Shown in pieces: positions 1 through 7,739 of a DNA stretch of 18,975 nucleotides (its first letter is position 1; every line of letters starts with the position of its first letter). This DNA comes from a virus (lineage: Duplodnaviria > Heunggongvirae > Uroviricota > Caudoviricetes). The DNA lies in the IMG/VR virus record IMGVR_UViG_2744054979_000005; one strand, given 5' to 3'. The notes beneath the pieces are model-generated. The model was not told where the DNA came from, ran no database searches, and saw nothing but the letters and a program-made list of their open reading frames with translations. The translations under genes were made by a program, and so were the position numbers.

Positions 1-4
1 ATCC

Positions 5-538
5 ATGAACGCAAAAATCAGATACGGCCTGACGGCTGCCGTTCTGGCACTGATTGCCGTCGGTGCGCCCGCGCCTGATATTCTCGACCAGTTTCTGGAT
101 GAAAAAGAAGGTAACCACACAACGGCATACCGCGATGGGTCCGGCATCTGGACCATCTGTCGGGGGGCCACGATGGTGGATGGAAAACCCGTTTTTCCCG
201 GTATGAAACTGTCGAAGGAAAAATGCGACCAGGTCAACGCCATTGAGCGTGATAAGGCGCTGGCATGGGTGGAGCGCAATATTAAAGTACCACTGACCGA
301 ACCACAAAAAGCGGGTATAGCGTCATTCTGTCCCTATAACATTGGCCCCGGTAAGTGTTTCCCGTCGACGTTTTATAAGCGGCTGAATGCCGGTGATCGT
401 AAGGGCGCATGCGAGGCGATTCGCTGGTGGATAAAAGATGGTGGGCGCGATTGCCGCATACGTTCAAATAACTGCTATGGACAGGTTATTCGTCGTGACC
501 AGGAAAGCGCATTAGCCTGTTGGGGGATAGATCAGTGA
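5..538 (+). CDS. R: SAR endolysin (phage lysozyme, T4/P21-type fold)
   Basis: 177-aa ORF from ATG at 5. Gly/Ala-rich hydrophobic N-terminus ([17 protein letters not shown]) fits a signal-anchor-release domain. Lysozyme catalytic E-x8-D-x5-T spacing is present ([16 protein letters not shown]). Stop overlaps the Rz start (GTGA). Only 4 nt lie upstream, so an earlier start cannot be excluded. Confidence 0.9.
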   Translation: MNAKIRYGLTAAVLALIAVGAPAPDILDQFLDEKEGNHTTAYRDGSGIWTICRGATMVDGKPVFPGMKLSKEKCDQVNAIERDKALAWVERNIKVPLTEPQKAGIASFCPYNIGPGKCFPSTFYKRLNAGDRKGACEAIRWWIKDGGRDCRIRSNNCYGQVIRRDQESALACWGIDQ

Positions 539-996
539 GCAGAGTCGCCGCGATTATTTATGCTTTGGTTATCTGCATCATCGTCTGCCTGTCGTGGGCG
601 GTCAATCATTACCGTGATAACGCCATCGCCTACAAAGAACAGCGTGATAAAAAAGTCAGTGAGCTGAAGCAGTCGATCGCCACCATCGCTGACATGCAGC
701 AGCGTCAGCGTGATGTTGCTGCACTCGATGCAAAGTACTCGAGAGAATTAGCCAATGCGAAAGCTGAAAATGAAACTCTGCGCGCTGATGTTGCCGCTGG
801 TCGTCGTCGGTTGCACATCAAAGCAGTCTGTCAGTCAGTGCGTGAAGCCACCACCGCCTCCGGCGTGGATAATGCAACCAGCCCCCGACTGGCAGACACC
901 GCTGAACGGGATTATTTCACCCTCAGAGAGAGGCTGATCACTATGCAAAAACAACTGGAAGGAACCCAGAAGTATATTAATGAGCAGTGCAGATAG
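535..996 (+). CDS. Rz: i-spanin Rz (inner-membrane spanin subunit)
   Basis: GTG at 535 overlaps the R stop. Product [29 protein letters not shown]... has an N-terminal TM segment and is near-identical, from memory, to lambda Rz. Rz1 is embedded in the +1 frame. Confidence 0.9.
   Translation: MSRVAAIIYALVICIIVCLSWAVNHYRDNAIAYKEQRDKKVSELKQSIATIADMQQRQRDVAALDAKYSRELANAKAENETLRADVAAGRRRLHIKAVCQSVREATTASGVDNATSPRLADTAERDYFTLRERLITMQKQLEGTQKYINEQCR
755..937 (+). CDS. Rz1: o-spanin Rz1 (outer-membrane lipoprotein spanin subunit), embedded in Rz
   Basis: 60-aa ORF lying entirely inside Rz in another frame. Signal peptide with lipobox LVVVGC and a PPPPP proline run. Near-identical, from memory, to lambda Rz1. 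Confidence 0.9.
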   Translation: MRKLKMKLCALMLPLVVVGCTSKQSVSQCVKPPPPPAWIMQPAPDWQTPLNGIISPSERG

Positions 997-1000
997 AGCT

Positions 1001-1016
1001 GCCCATATCGATGGGC
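1001..1016. terminator. hairpin between convergent Rz and bor 3' ends (possible bidirectional terminator)
   Basis: GCCCAT-ATCG-ATGGGC: 6-bp stem with 4-nt loop, placed exactly between the Rz stop (996) and bor stop (1028). No clean T-run follows, so terminator function is uncertain. Confidence 0.35.
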
Positions 1017-1027
1017 AACTCATGCAA

Positions 1028-1259
1028 TTATTGTGAGCAATACACACGCGCTTCCAGTGGAGTATAAATGCCTAAAGTAATAAAACCGAGAAATCCATTT
1101 ACGAATGTTTGCTGGGTTTCTGTTTTAACAACATTTTCTGCGCCGCCACAAATTTTGGCTGCATCAACAGTTTTCTCCTGTCCAATTCCCGAAACGAAGA
1201 AATGATGGGTGATGGTTTCCTTTGGTGTTACTGCTGTCGGTTTGTTTCCAACAGTAAAC
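1028..1259 (-). CDS. bor: Bor lipoprotein (serum-resistance moron), 5'-incomplete because of assembly gap
   Basis: Minus-strand frame ends ...GIYTPLEARVYCSQ*. Translated segment FTVGNKPTAVTPKETITHHFFVSGIGQEKTVDAAKICGGAENVVKTETQQTFVNGFLGFITLGIYTPLEARVYCSQ matches lambda Bor from about residue 22 to the end. The signal peptide/lipobox and start codon are missing: the frame runs into the N-run at 1260-1268, and sequence beyond it does not encode a Bor N-terminus. Confidence 0.85.
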
Positions 1260-1268
1260 NNNNNNNNN
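1260..1268. other. run of 9 N: unresolved or collapsed assembly gap inside bor
   Basis: Literal nnnnnnnnn in the sequence. At least about 63 nt of bor 5' coding sequence are absent, so the true gap is longer than 9 nt. Confidence 0.9.
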
Positions 1269-1382
1269 GATTGATGAAAATTAAAACTATATAGGTGGAT
1301 GCTCAGCCTATCGGAGGTAGTCAGGATTTGAATGTCAGTCTGTTGTCGGCATTCTGGCAATGCAATTTGGATAAAGCGGGGA

Positions 1383-1505
1383 TTAAAAAGATAGAGGCGA
1401 GCCGGTCAGGTAGAAATGAATCAGGCTCAAAGTGAAGCGGAAAAGGTCTGTGGCACAAGCTGATGCAGCCATAATTACAGCCTGATGATTTGTGGAATGA
1501 AACAT
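1383..1505 (-). CDS. hypothetical small protein (40 aa), unannotated in ORF track
   Basis: Minus-strand ATG (plus coordinates 1505-1503) preceded by AAGGAGG with a 6-nt spacer; stop TAA at 1385-1383. Manual translation: MFHSTNHQAVIMAASACATDLFRFTLSLIHFYLTGSPLSF. Hydrophobic, divergent from the HNH gene, same strand as bor. No homolog recognised. Confidence 0.35.
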   Translation of the reverse strand: MFHSTNHQAVIMAASACATDLFRFTLSLIHFYLTGSPLSF

Positions 1506-1585
1506 GTTGAACCTCCTTAATTGATGTTATTCGAGTGATGAAGGCATTCTGTCCTTCTATAGTGTCCAGTAAATCAAACAGGAAA

Positions 1586-1607
1586 CTTGTCCAACGTGTT
1601 GGACAAG
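1586..1607. repeat. perfect 10-bp inverted repeat CTTGTCCAAC-gt-GTTGGACAAG (candidate operator/protein-binding site)
   Basis: Read directly: arms 1586-1595 and 1598-1607 are exact reverse complements with a 2-nt spacer. It lies in the divergent intergenic region between the 40-aa minus ORF and the HNH gene. Confidence 0.6.
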
Positions 1608-1727
1608 CCTCTCCATTAGTGAGTTGTATTGATCACAACTCTACAAAGAATTCATTACTGGGTAGATGAAAATAGTTTCACTATGAATGGAGGAGGCTAT
1701 GTCGGTGGCTTCTTCATTGGAGTACAT

Positions 1728-2078
1728 ATGCCCCCACGAATCCCACGCGCCTGCCGTAAGCGTGGATGTGCAGGTACAACCACAGACAGTTCTGGTTACT
1801 GCGATAAACATCGTGGCGAAGGATGGGTACAGCATCAACGCGGACTGAGCCGCCACCAGCGTGGCTATGGCTCGAAATGGGATGCCATACGTGCGCGCAT
1901 ACTGAAGCGTGATAATCATCTGTGTCAGAACTGCCTGCGCAATGGGAGAGCCGTTGAAGCCAGAACTGTGGACCACATCATTCCGAAAGCTCATGGTGGC
2001 ACGGATGCAGACAGTAACCTGCAGAGTCTGTGCTGGCCCTGTCATAAAGCAAAAACAGCGCGCGAACGCATCAATTGA
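1728..2078 (+). CDS. HNH endonuclease, terminase-associated (HK97 gp74-like)
   Basis: ATG at 1728 preceded by GGAG (5-nt spacer). Product MPPRIPRACRKRGCAGTTTDSSGYCDKH...DHIIPKAHGGTDADSNLQSLCWPCHKAK has Cys pairs and an HNH (D-H...N...H) motif. Sits immediately upstream of the terminase genes, as in HK97-like phages. The track's longer ORF from 1629 is probably an upstream in-frame extension. Confidence 0.85.
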   Translation: MPPRIPRACRKRGCAGTTTDSSGYCDKHRGEGWVQHQRGLSRHQRGYGSKWDAIRARILKRDNHLCQNCLRNGRAVEARTVDHIIPKAHGGTDADSNLQSLCWPCHKAKTARERIN

Positions 2079-2225
2079 TAACAGTTCCCATCTGTAGGGG
2101 AGGGGCAGGCCAAATCTCTGCAACCCTGGCTGCTCAGTACCGCCGCCTGACCTTTCCTCGCATCGCCGCAGGTTCGAAAACTTTTTTTTGGAATGTGATT
2201 AAATGATTGATAGGTAAAACCGATT

Positions 2226-2708
2226 ATGTCTGGACCCCCGAAAACCCCGCCACGCCTGCATTTGATACGAGGCAACCCCTCAAAGCGGCCAGTTAAAGAC
2301 CTCAAAAAAACCGCTAAAAAGGATGAAAAAGGTCTCCCTAAAATTCCGCAACATTTAGGGGCGCAGGGGAAGTACTGGTTCAGGCGAATGGCGGAAGAGC
2401 TGAATGCGGAAGGGATCATTTCTCAGCTTGATGCGCGTGCGCTTGAGCTACTGGTGGAAGCCTATACCGAATACCGGCATCACTGCGAAACACTCGATGT
2501 TGAGGGGTACACCTACCGCTCGAAAACGCAGAACGGTGATGTGCTGATTAAGGCACACCCGGCTGCTGCGATGAAAGCGGATGCCTGGAAGCGGATCCGG
2601 GCGATGCTTGCAGAATTTGGTATGTCACCGGCAAGCCGGGCAAAAGTAAATACCGCCGGACCGGATAATGTTGATCCGCTGGCAGAGCTTTTAAAAGCGA
2701 GAGACTGA
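2226..2708 (+). CDS. terminase small subunit (P27-family-like)
   Basis: 160-aa ORF directly upstream of the large terminase with a 1-nt stop/start overlap (TGATG). Basic N-terminus (PKTPPRLHLIRGNPSKRPVKDLKK) typical of this small-terminase family. Confidence 0.8.
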   Translation: MSGPPKTPPRLHLIRGNPSKRPVKDLKKTAKKDEKGLPKIPQHLGAQGKYWFRRMAEELNAEGIISQLDARALELLVEAYTEYRHHCETLDVEGYTYRSKTQNGDVLIKAHPAAAMKADAWKRIRAMLAEFGMSPASRAKVNTAGPDNVDPLAELLKARD

Positions 2709-4465
2709 TGGCAAAAGTGGCTGACGGGATCCGCTACGCCGAACGTGTTGTTGCAGGAGAAATTGTTGCTGGCGAATTTGTCCGCCTGGCCTGCCAGCGT
2801 TTTCTTGATGATCTGAAGTACGGCGAAAAGCGGGGGATTTATTTCAGTGAACCCCGTGCGCAGCACATCCTGAATTTCTACAAATTTGTGCCTCATGTAA
2901 AAGGGGCACTGGCAGGCCAGCCCATTGAGTTGATGGACTGGCATGTATTTATCCTCATTAATATTTTTGGTTTTGTCATTCCGCTGGTCAATGAAGAAAC
3001 CGGGGAAGTTGTCATGCGCAGCGATGGCAGCGGACGTCCGGTGATGGTGCGCCGGTTCCGGACGGCGTACAACGAAGTCGCCCGTAAAAACGCAAAATCA
3101 ACCCTGTCATCGGGTATCGGCCTGTATATGACGGGGGCAGATAGTGAAGGCGGAGCTGAGGTGTATTCAGCCGCAACCACGCGTGACCAGGCCAGAATCG
3201 TGTTTGAAGACGCCAAAAATATGGTCAGAAAAGCCCGGTCGACACTCGGGCGGTTGTTTGATTTCAACAAGCTGGCGATTTACCAGGAGCAGAGCGCATC
3301 AAAATTTGAACCGCTTTCCTCGGATGCAAACAACCTGGACGGTCTGAACATCCACTGCGCCATTATTGATGAGCTGCATGCACATAAAACCCGCGACGTG
3401 TGGGACGTTCTGGAAACGGCAACCGGTGCCCGTCTGCAGTCCCTGTTATTTGGTATCACCACGGCTGGCTTTAACAAGGAAGGGATTTGTTACGAGCAGC
3501 GTGATTACGCCATCAAGGTATTGCGAGGCTATAACAGCGACGTGGAGGGCGCTGTAAAAGACGACTCTTACTTTGCGATCATTTACACGCTTGATGAGGG
3601 AGATGATCCGTTTGATGAAACGGTCTGGCAGAAAGCGAATCCTGGCCTGGGCATCTGTAAACGCTGGGATGATCTGCGTCGTCTGGCGAAAAAAGCGAAG
3701 GAGCAGGTCTCTGCGCGGGTGAATTTTTTTACCAAACACATGAATGTGTGGGTCACTGCCGAATCTGCCTGGATGGATATGATTAAGTGGGAGAAGTGCG
3801 AATACATTGCTCCACAACATGAGCTGAAAACATATCCCATGTGGGTCGGCGTCGACCTTGCTCATAAGATTGATATCTGTGCGGCGGCAAAACTCTGGCG
3901 AACCGATAACGGACATGTTCATGCTGATTTTAAATTCTGGCTTCCGGAAGGACGGCTGGAACGATGCTCGCGGCAGCAGGCAGAACTTTACCGGAAGTGG
4001 GCGGAGATGGATAAGCTCATCCTGACGGATGGTGATGTTATCGATCATGCTCAGATAAAAAGTGACTTACTGGAATGGATTGGCGGTGAAAACCTCAGGG
4101 AACTGGGATTTGACCCGTGGAGCGCAATGCAGTTCAGTCTGGCACTGGCTGAAGAAGGGATACCGCTGGTGGAGGTTCCGCAGACGGTCCGCAATCTGTC
4201 AGAGGCCATGAAGGAAACGGAATCACTGGTTTATGCCGGGCGTTTCCATCACAGCAATCATCCGGTCATGAACTGGATGATGTCTAACGTTACTGTAAAA
4301 CCGGACAAAAACGACAACATCTTCCCGAATAAATCCACGCCGGAAGCCAAAATCGACGGCCCTGTTGCGCTTTTTACAGCCATGAGCCGCTTTCTGGTAA
4401 ATGGCGGGGGCGTGAATGACTTTCTGTCCACGCTTGATCCTGATGAGGACCTGTTAATTCTGTGA
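2708..4465 (+). CDS. terminase large subunit (HK97-like)
   Basis: 585-aa ORF in the canonical position between small terminase and portal. Length and overall composition fit an HK97-type large terminase. Confidence 0.9.
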   Translation: MAKVADGIRYAERVVAGEIVAGEFVRLACQRFLDDLKYGEKRGIYFSEPRAQHILNFYKFVPHVKGALAGQPIELMDWHVFILINIFGFVIPLVNEETGEVVMRSDGSGRPVMVRRFRTAYNEVARKNAKSTLSSGIGLYMTGADSEGGAEVYSAATTRDQARIVFEDAKNMVRKARSTLGRLFDFNKLAIYQEQSASKFEPLSSDANNLDGLNIHCAIIDELHAHKTRDVWDVLETATGARLQSLLFGITTAGFNKEGICYEQRDYAIKVLRGYNSDVEGAVKDDSYFAIIYTLDEGDDPFDETVWQKANPGLGICKRWDDLRRLAKKAKEQVSARVNFFTKHMNVWVTAESAWMDMIKWEKCEYIAPQHELKTYPMWVGVDLAHKIDICAAAKLWRTDNGHVHADFKFWLPEGRLERCSRQQAELYRKWAEMDKLILTDGDVIDHAQIKSDLLEWIGGENLRELGFDPWSAMQFSLALAEEGIPLVEVPQTVRNLSEAMKETESLVYAGRFHHSNHPVMNWMMSNVTVKPDKNDNIFPNKSTPEAKIDGPVALFTAMSRFLVNGGGVNDFLSTLDPDEDLLIL

Positions 4466-4623
4466 AACAGCTTATTACTGATATGACCGGGCTGATCGGT
4501 TTCGGTCTGCTCACTGCTGGCGTTTATCTGTATGCAGGTCTGCCAGCGTCTCTGATGCTGTCTGGCTGTTTGTTGCTGCTTTATGCACTGGTGGTGTCCA
4601 TGAGGAGAAAACATGCTTCTTGA
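4462..4623 (+). CDS. hypothetical small membrane protein (about 53 aa, two predicted TM helices)
   Basis: ORF starting GTG 4462 (overlapping the TerL stop as GTGA) or ATG 4483, ending TGA 4621-4623. Translation VKQLITDMTGLIGFGLLTAGVYLYAGLPASLMLSGCLLLLYALVVSMRRKHAS: two hydrophobic stretches plus a basic tail. Its 3' end overlaps the portal RBS and start. No strong SD of its own. Confidence 0.4.
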   Translation: MKQLITDMTGLIGFGLLTAGVYLYAGLPASLMLSGCLLLLYALVVSMRRKHAS

Positions 4624-5839
4624 TGCTCTGTTTCGCAGTGAGCCTCTGGAAAATCCCTCGGTTCCGGTAACCGGAGAGGCCGCAGAGACGGATAATATTT
4701 TTGCCCGGGATGTGTATGTCAGTCCGGAAACGTCCATGAGGCTGGCTGCTGTCTATGCCTGTATTTATGTTATTTCATCCAGTGTGGCTCAGATGCCCCT
4801 GCATGTGATGCGAAAAACGAATGAGCATGTTCAGCCGGCACGCGATCACCCGTTGTTCTGGCTCGTTCATGATGAACCGAATGCCTGGCAGACCAGCTAT
4901 AAGTGGCGGGAACTGAAGCAGCGTCATGTGCTGGGGTGGGGCAATGGTTATACGTGGGTGAAACGTAATCGTCGTGGCGAGGTTACCAGTCTTGAATGCT
5001 GTATGCCATGGGAAACCACGTTACTTAACACCGGAGGGCGTCATACCTACGGTGTGTATAACGAAGAGGGTGCATTTGCGGTAAGTCCGGACGACATGAT
5101 CCATATCAGGGCGCTGGGAAACAATCAGAAAATGGGACTGAGTCCGATCATGCAGCATGCTGAAACCATTGGTATGGGAATGAGTGGTCAGCAGTATACC
5201 AGTGCTTTTTTTAACGGTAATGCCCGTCCTGCCGGGATTATTTCTGTGAAAAATGAACTGAACGAACAGAGTTGGAGCAGGCTCAAGAATATGTGGCAGC
5301 GGGCGGTGACAGCGCTTCGCAGCCAGGAAAATAAAACCATGTTGCTGCCTGCGCAACTGGATTACCGCGCTCTGACAGTTTCTCCGGTGGATGCTCAGAT
5401 CATTGATATGACCAAGCTGAACCGGTCGATGATTGCCGGGATTTTTAATGTCCCGGCGCACATGATTAATGACCTGGAAAAAGCCACATTTTCGAATATT
5501 ACGCAGCAGGCGATTCAGTTTGTTCGCTACACGATGATGCCCTGGGTTGCGAACTGGGAGCAGGAGCTTAACCGTCGCCTGTTTACCCGTACAGAACGGG
5601 CTGCCGGGTATTACGTTCGTTTCAACCTCACGGGGTTGCTCCGTGGGACCCCACAGGAGCGTGCGCAGTTCTATCACTTTGCCATTACAGATGGCTGGAT
5701 GAGTCGGAATGAAGCCAGGGCATTTGAGGATATGAACCCGGTTGACGGTCTGGATGAAATGCTGGTCAGCGTAAATGCAGCAAATCCGTTGAATAACTTT
5801 AAAGATACGAAAGGCAAAGAGGAAAAGAACGATGAATGA
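4613..5839 (+). CDS. portal protein (HK97 family)
   Basis: 408-aa ORF with AGGAG RBS 5 nt upstream. Position after the large terminase and before the prohead protease; sequence character typical of HK97-family portals. Confidence 0.9.
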   Translation: MLLDALFRSEPLENPSVPVTGEAAETDNIFARDVYVSPETSMRLAAVYACIYVISSSVAQMPLHVMRKTNEHVQPARDHPLFWLVHDEPNAWQTSYKWRELKQRHVLGWGNGYTWVKRNRRGEVTSLECCMPWETTLLNTGGRHTYGVYNEEGAFAVSPDDMIHIRALGNNQKMGLSPIMQHAETIGMGMSGQQYTSAFFNGNARPAGIISVKNELNEQSWSRLKNMWQRAVTALRSQENKTMLLPAQLDYRALTVSPVDAQIIDMTKLNRSMIAGIFNVPAHMINDLEKATFSNITQQAIQFVRYTMMPWVANWEQELNRRLFTRTERAAGYYVRFNLTGLLRGTPQERAQFYHFAITDGWMSRNEARAFEDMNPVDGLDEMLVSVNAANPLNNFKDTKGKEEKNDE

Positions 5840-6431
5840 CCGTGAAACGCGCTGTTACAGCGGGGAGGTGCGGGCGGAACAATATGATAATGCCCCGACC
5901 CACATTCTGGGCTATGGCTCGGTATTTAACAGTCGTTCAGAACCTCTGTGGGGATTTCGTGAAATCATCAAGCCGGGGGCTTTTGATGATGTACTGAATG
6001 ATGATGTACGTGGCTTGTTTAATCATGATCCTAATTTCATTCTCGGACGAAGTTCTGCCGGCACGTTGTCATTGTCGGTGGATGAACGCGGTTTACGTTA
6101 TGACATTGTTGCACCGGATACTCCGACTATTTGTGACCTGGTGCTATCTCCAATGTTGCGTGGTGACATTAATCAGTCCTCGTTCGCGTTTCGTGTCGCC
6201 CGTGACGGAGAGAGCTGGTATGAAGACGACGAGGGGATTGTTATCCGGGAAATCACGCGCATTTCTCGTCTGTATGACGTCAGCCCGGTGACATATCCGG
6301 CCTATCAGGACGCAGACTCTGGTGTCCGCTCAATGAAAGCCTGGCAGGAAGCGCGGGCGAGTGGTGCGCTGAAGAAAGCTGTTAACGAACGAATGGCGCG
6401 TGAGCGTCTTTTGACCCTTCTTAATGCATAA
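5832..6431 (+). CDS. prohead maturation protease (HK97 gp4-like)
   Basis: 199-aa ORF overlapping the portal 3' end. N-terminal ILGYGSVFNSRSEP...IKPGAFDD is characteristic of caudoviral prohead serine proteases. Located immediately before the major capsid gene. Confidence 0.85.
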   Translation: MNDRETRCYSGEVRAEQYDNAPTHILGYGSVFNSRSEPLWGFREIIKPGAFDDVLNDDVRGLFNHDPNFILGRSSAGTLSLSVDERGLRYDIVAPDTPTICDLVLSPMLRGDINQSSFAFRVARDGESWYEDDEGIVIREITRISRLYDVSPVTYPAYQDADSGVRSMKAWQEARASGALKKAVNERMARERLLTLLNA

Positions 6432-6445
6432 GGATACTACTGACG

Positions 6446-7663
6446 ATGAAACTTCATGAGATGAAGCAAAAACGAAACACCATTGCAAAGGATATGCGTG
6501 CACTGCATGAAAAAATTGGTGATAACGCATGGACTGATGAGCAACGGGCAGAGTGGAACAGGGCGAAAGCTGAGCTGGATGCGCTGGATGAGCAAATCGC
6601 CCGTGAAGAAGAGTTGCGCCGTCAGGATCAGGCATATGTGGATGAGTCCGGGCCGGAAGAGCGCCAGAATAATGAGGCGGAGAACGGGAAAAAGGCGGTG
6701 GAAGAGAAGCGCGCTGCGGCATTTAACCGTTTTCTGCGTGCCGGATTTGCAGAACTGAATGCTGAAGAGCGTAATCTGATGCGTGAACTGCGGGCTCAGA
6801 GTGTAACAACGGATTCTCAGGGCGGATATACGGTGCCCACGCAGATGCGTAACAAAATCATTGACACCATGAAGGCTTATGGCGGGATTGCCAGTGTGGC
6901 GCAACTTCTGACCACATCAACCGGGCAGGATATCACCTGGTCAACGTCTGATGGCACGACTGAAGAGGGCGAACTGCTGGCGGAAAATACAGCCGCAACG
7001 GAACAGGATGTGACGTTCGGGACCGCTATTCTGGGGGCTAAAAAGCTGTCATCAAAAATAATTCGTGTGTCCAATGAGCTGCTCCAGGACAGTGGGGTGG
7101 ATATTGAATCTTATCTGGCAAACCGTATTGCCCAGCGTATTGGTCGTGGAGAGGCAAAATATCTGGTTCAGGGGACCGGAACGGGATCACCGTTACAGCC
7201 AAAAGGGCTGGCAGCGTCGGTGACGGGAACCATCCAGACTGTAGCCTCTGCCGCTTTCACCTGGAAAGAAATGAATGCCCTGAAACATGCCATTGATCCG
7301 GCATATCGTGGTGGGCCGAAATACCGCTGGGCATTCAATGATGCCACATTGCAGACTATTGAAGAGATGGAGGATGGACAGAAACGCCCGTTATGGCTGC
7401 CGGATATTGCAGGCGGTACGCCGGCTACTGTGCTGGGGATCCCTTATGTTATTGATCAGGCTATTGACGGGATTGGTACCGGAAAAAAATTCATTTTCCT
7501 GGGGGATTTCAACCGCTTTATCATTCGCCGCGTTACTTATATGGAACTGAAACGTCTGGTTGAGCGTTATGCTGAGTTTGATCAGGTGGCATTTCTGGCT
7601 TTCCATCGTTTTGACTGTGTGCTGGAAGATGTGGCAGCCATCAAGGCGCTCACTGGCAAATAA
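6446..7663 (+). CDS. major capsid protein (HK97 fold) with N-terminal scaffolding (delta) domain
   Basis: 405-aa ORF. The first ~100 residues are a charged, coiled-coil-like segment (EQRAEWNRAKAELDALDEQIAREEELRRQ) typical of the HK97 delta domain. Followed by a terminator. Confidence 0.9.
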   Translation: MKLHEMKQKRNTIAKDMRALHEKIGDNAWTDEQRAEWNRAKAELDALDEQIAREEELRRQDQAYVDESGPEERQNNEAENGKKAVEEKRAAAFNRFLRAGFAELNAEERNLMRELRAQSVTTDSQGGYTVPTQMRNKIIDTMKAYGGIASVAQLLTTSTGQDITWSTSDGTTEEGELLAENTAATEQDVTFGTAILGAKKLSSKIIRVSNELLQDSGVDIESYLANRIAQRIGRGEAKYLVQGTGTGSPLQPKGLAASVTGTIQTVASAAFTWKEMNALKHAIDPAYRGGPKYRWAFNDATLQTIEEMEDGQKRPLWLPDIAGGTPATVLGIPYVIDQAIDGIGTGKKFIFLGDFNRFIIRRVTYMELKRLVERYAEFDQVAFLAFHRFDCVLEDVAAIKALTGK

Positions 7664-7684
7664 CCACTCGTTGTTCAGTTACAG

Positions 7685-7706
7685 ACCGCGCCGACGCGGT
7701 TTTTTT
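7685..7706 (+). terminator. rho-independent terminator-like hairpin after major capsid gene
   Basis: ACCGCG-ccga-CGCGGT stem-loop followed by 7 T, 22 nt after the capsid stop. Confidence 0.6.
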
Positions 7707-7739
7707 ATGCCCGCACAGTGTTGCGGGCAGGAGTTTCTG

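Noticed and set aside
520-534. TTG start for Rz given in the ORF track
   Set aside because: GTG at 535 reproduces the lambda Rz N-terminus (M/V-SRV...) and overlaps the R stop. The extra upstream codons lie inside R.
1109-1294. 61-aa + strand ORF crossing the N-run
   Set aside because: Antisense to bor and interrupted by the gap; no support.
1028-1360. Track ORF of 110 aa reading through the N-run (MPECRQQTDIQ...XXXX...)
   Set aside because: Only the part downstream of the Ns matches Bor. The part beyond the gap is unrelated sequence joined by the N-run, so the long ORF is an artefact.
1629-1727. N-terminal extension of the HNH ORF (MITTLQRIHYWVDENSFTMNGGGYVGG...) and an overlapping alternate-frame 54-aa ORF from ATG 1699
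   Set aside because: The HNH domain begins right after ATG 1728, which has a GGAG RBS. The extension has no homology-like features, and the alternate-frame ORF has a 2-nt SD spacer and overlaps the HNH start.
4165-4172. Chi octamer GCTGGTGG on + strand (also CCACCAGC at 1853-1860)
   Set aside because: Two occurrences in about 19 kb over both strands is close to chance expectation; no evidence of functional enrichment or oriented clustering.
3446-5677. Minus-strand ORFs of 200 aa (3446-4048) and 218 aa (5021-5677)
   Set aside because: Antisense to the large terminase and portal genes respectively; no RBS, and the sense-strand genes are well supported.
7560-7739. Extended 5' portion of the connector ORF
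   Set aside because: It overlaps the 3' end of the capsid gene and runs through the terminator hairpin; ATG 7740 with a GCAGGAG RBS is the plausible start.
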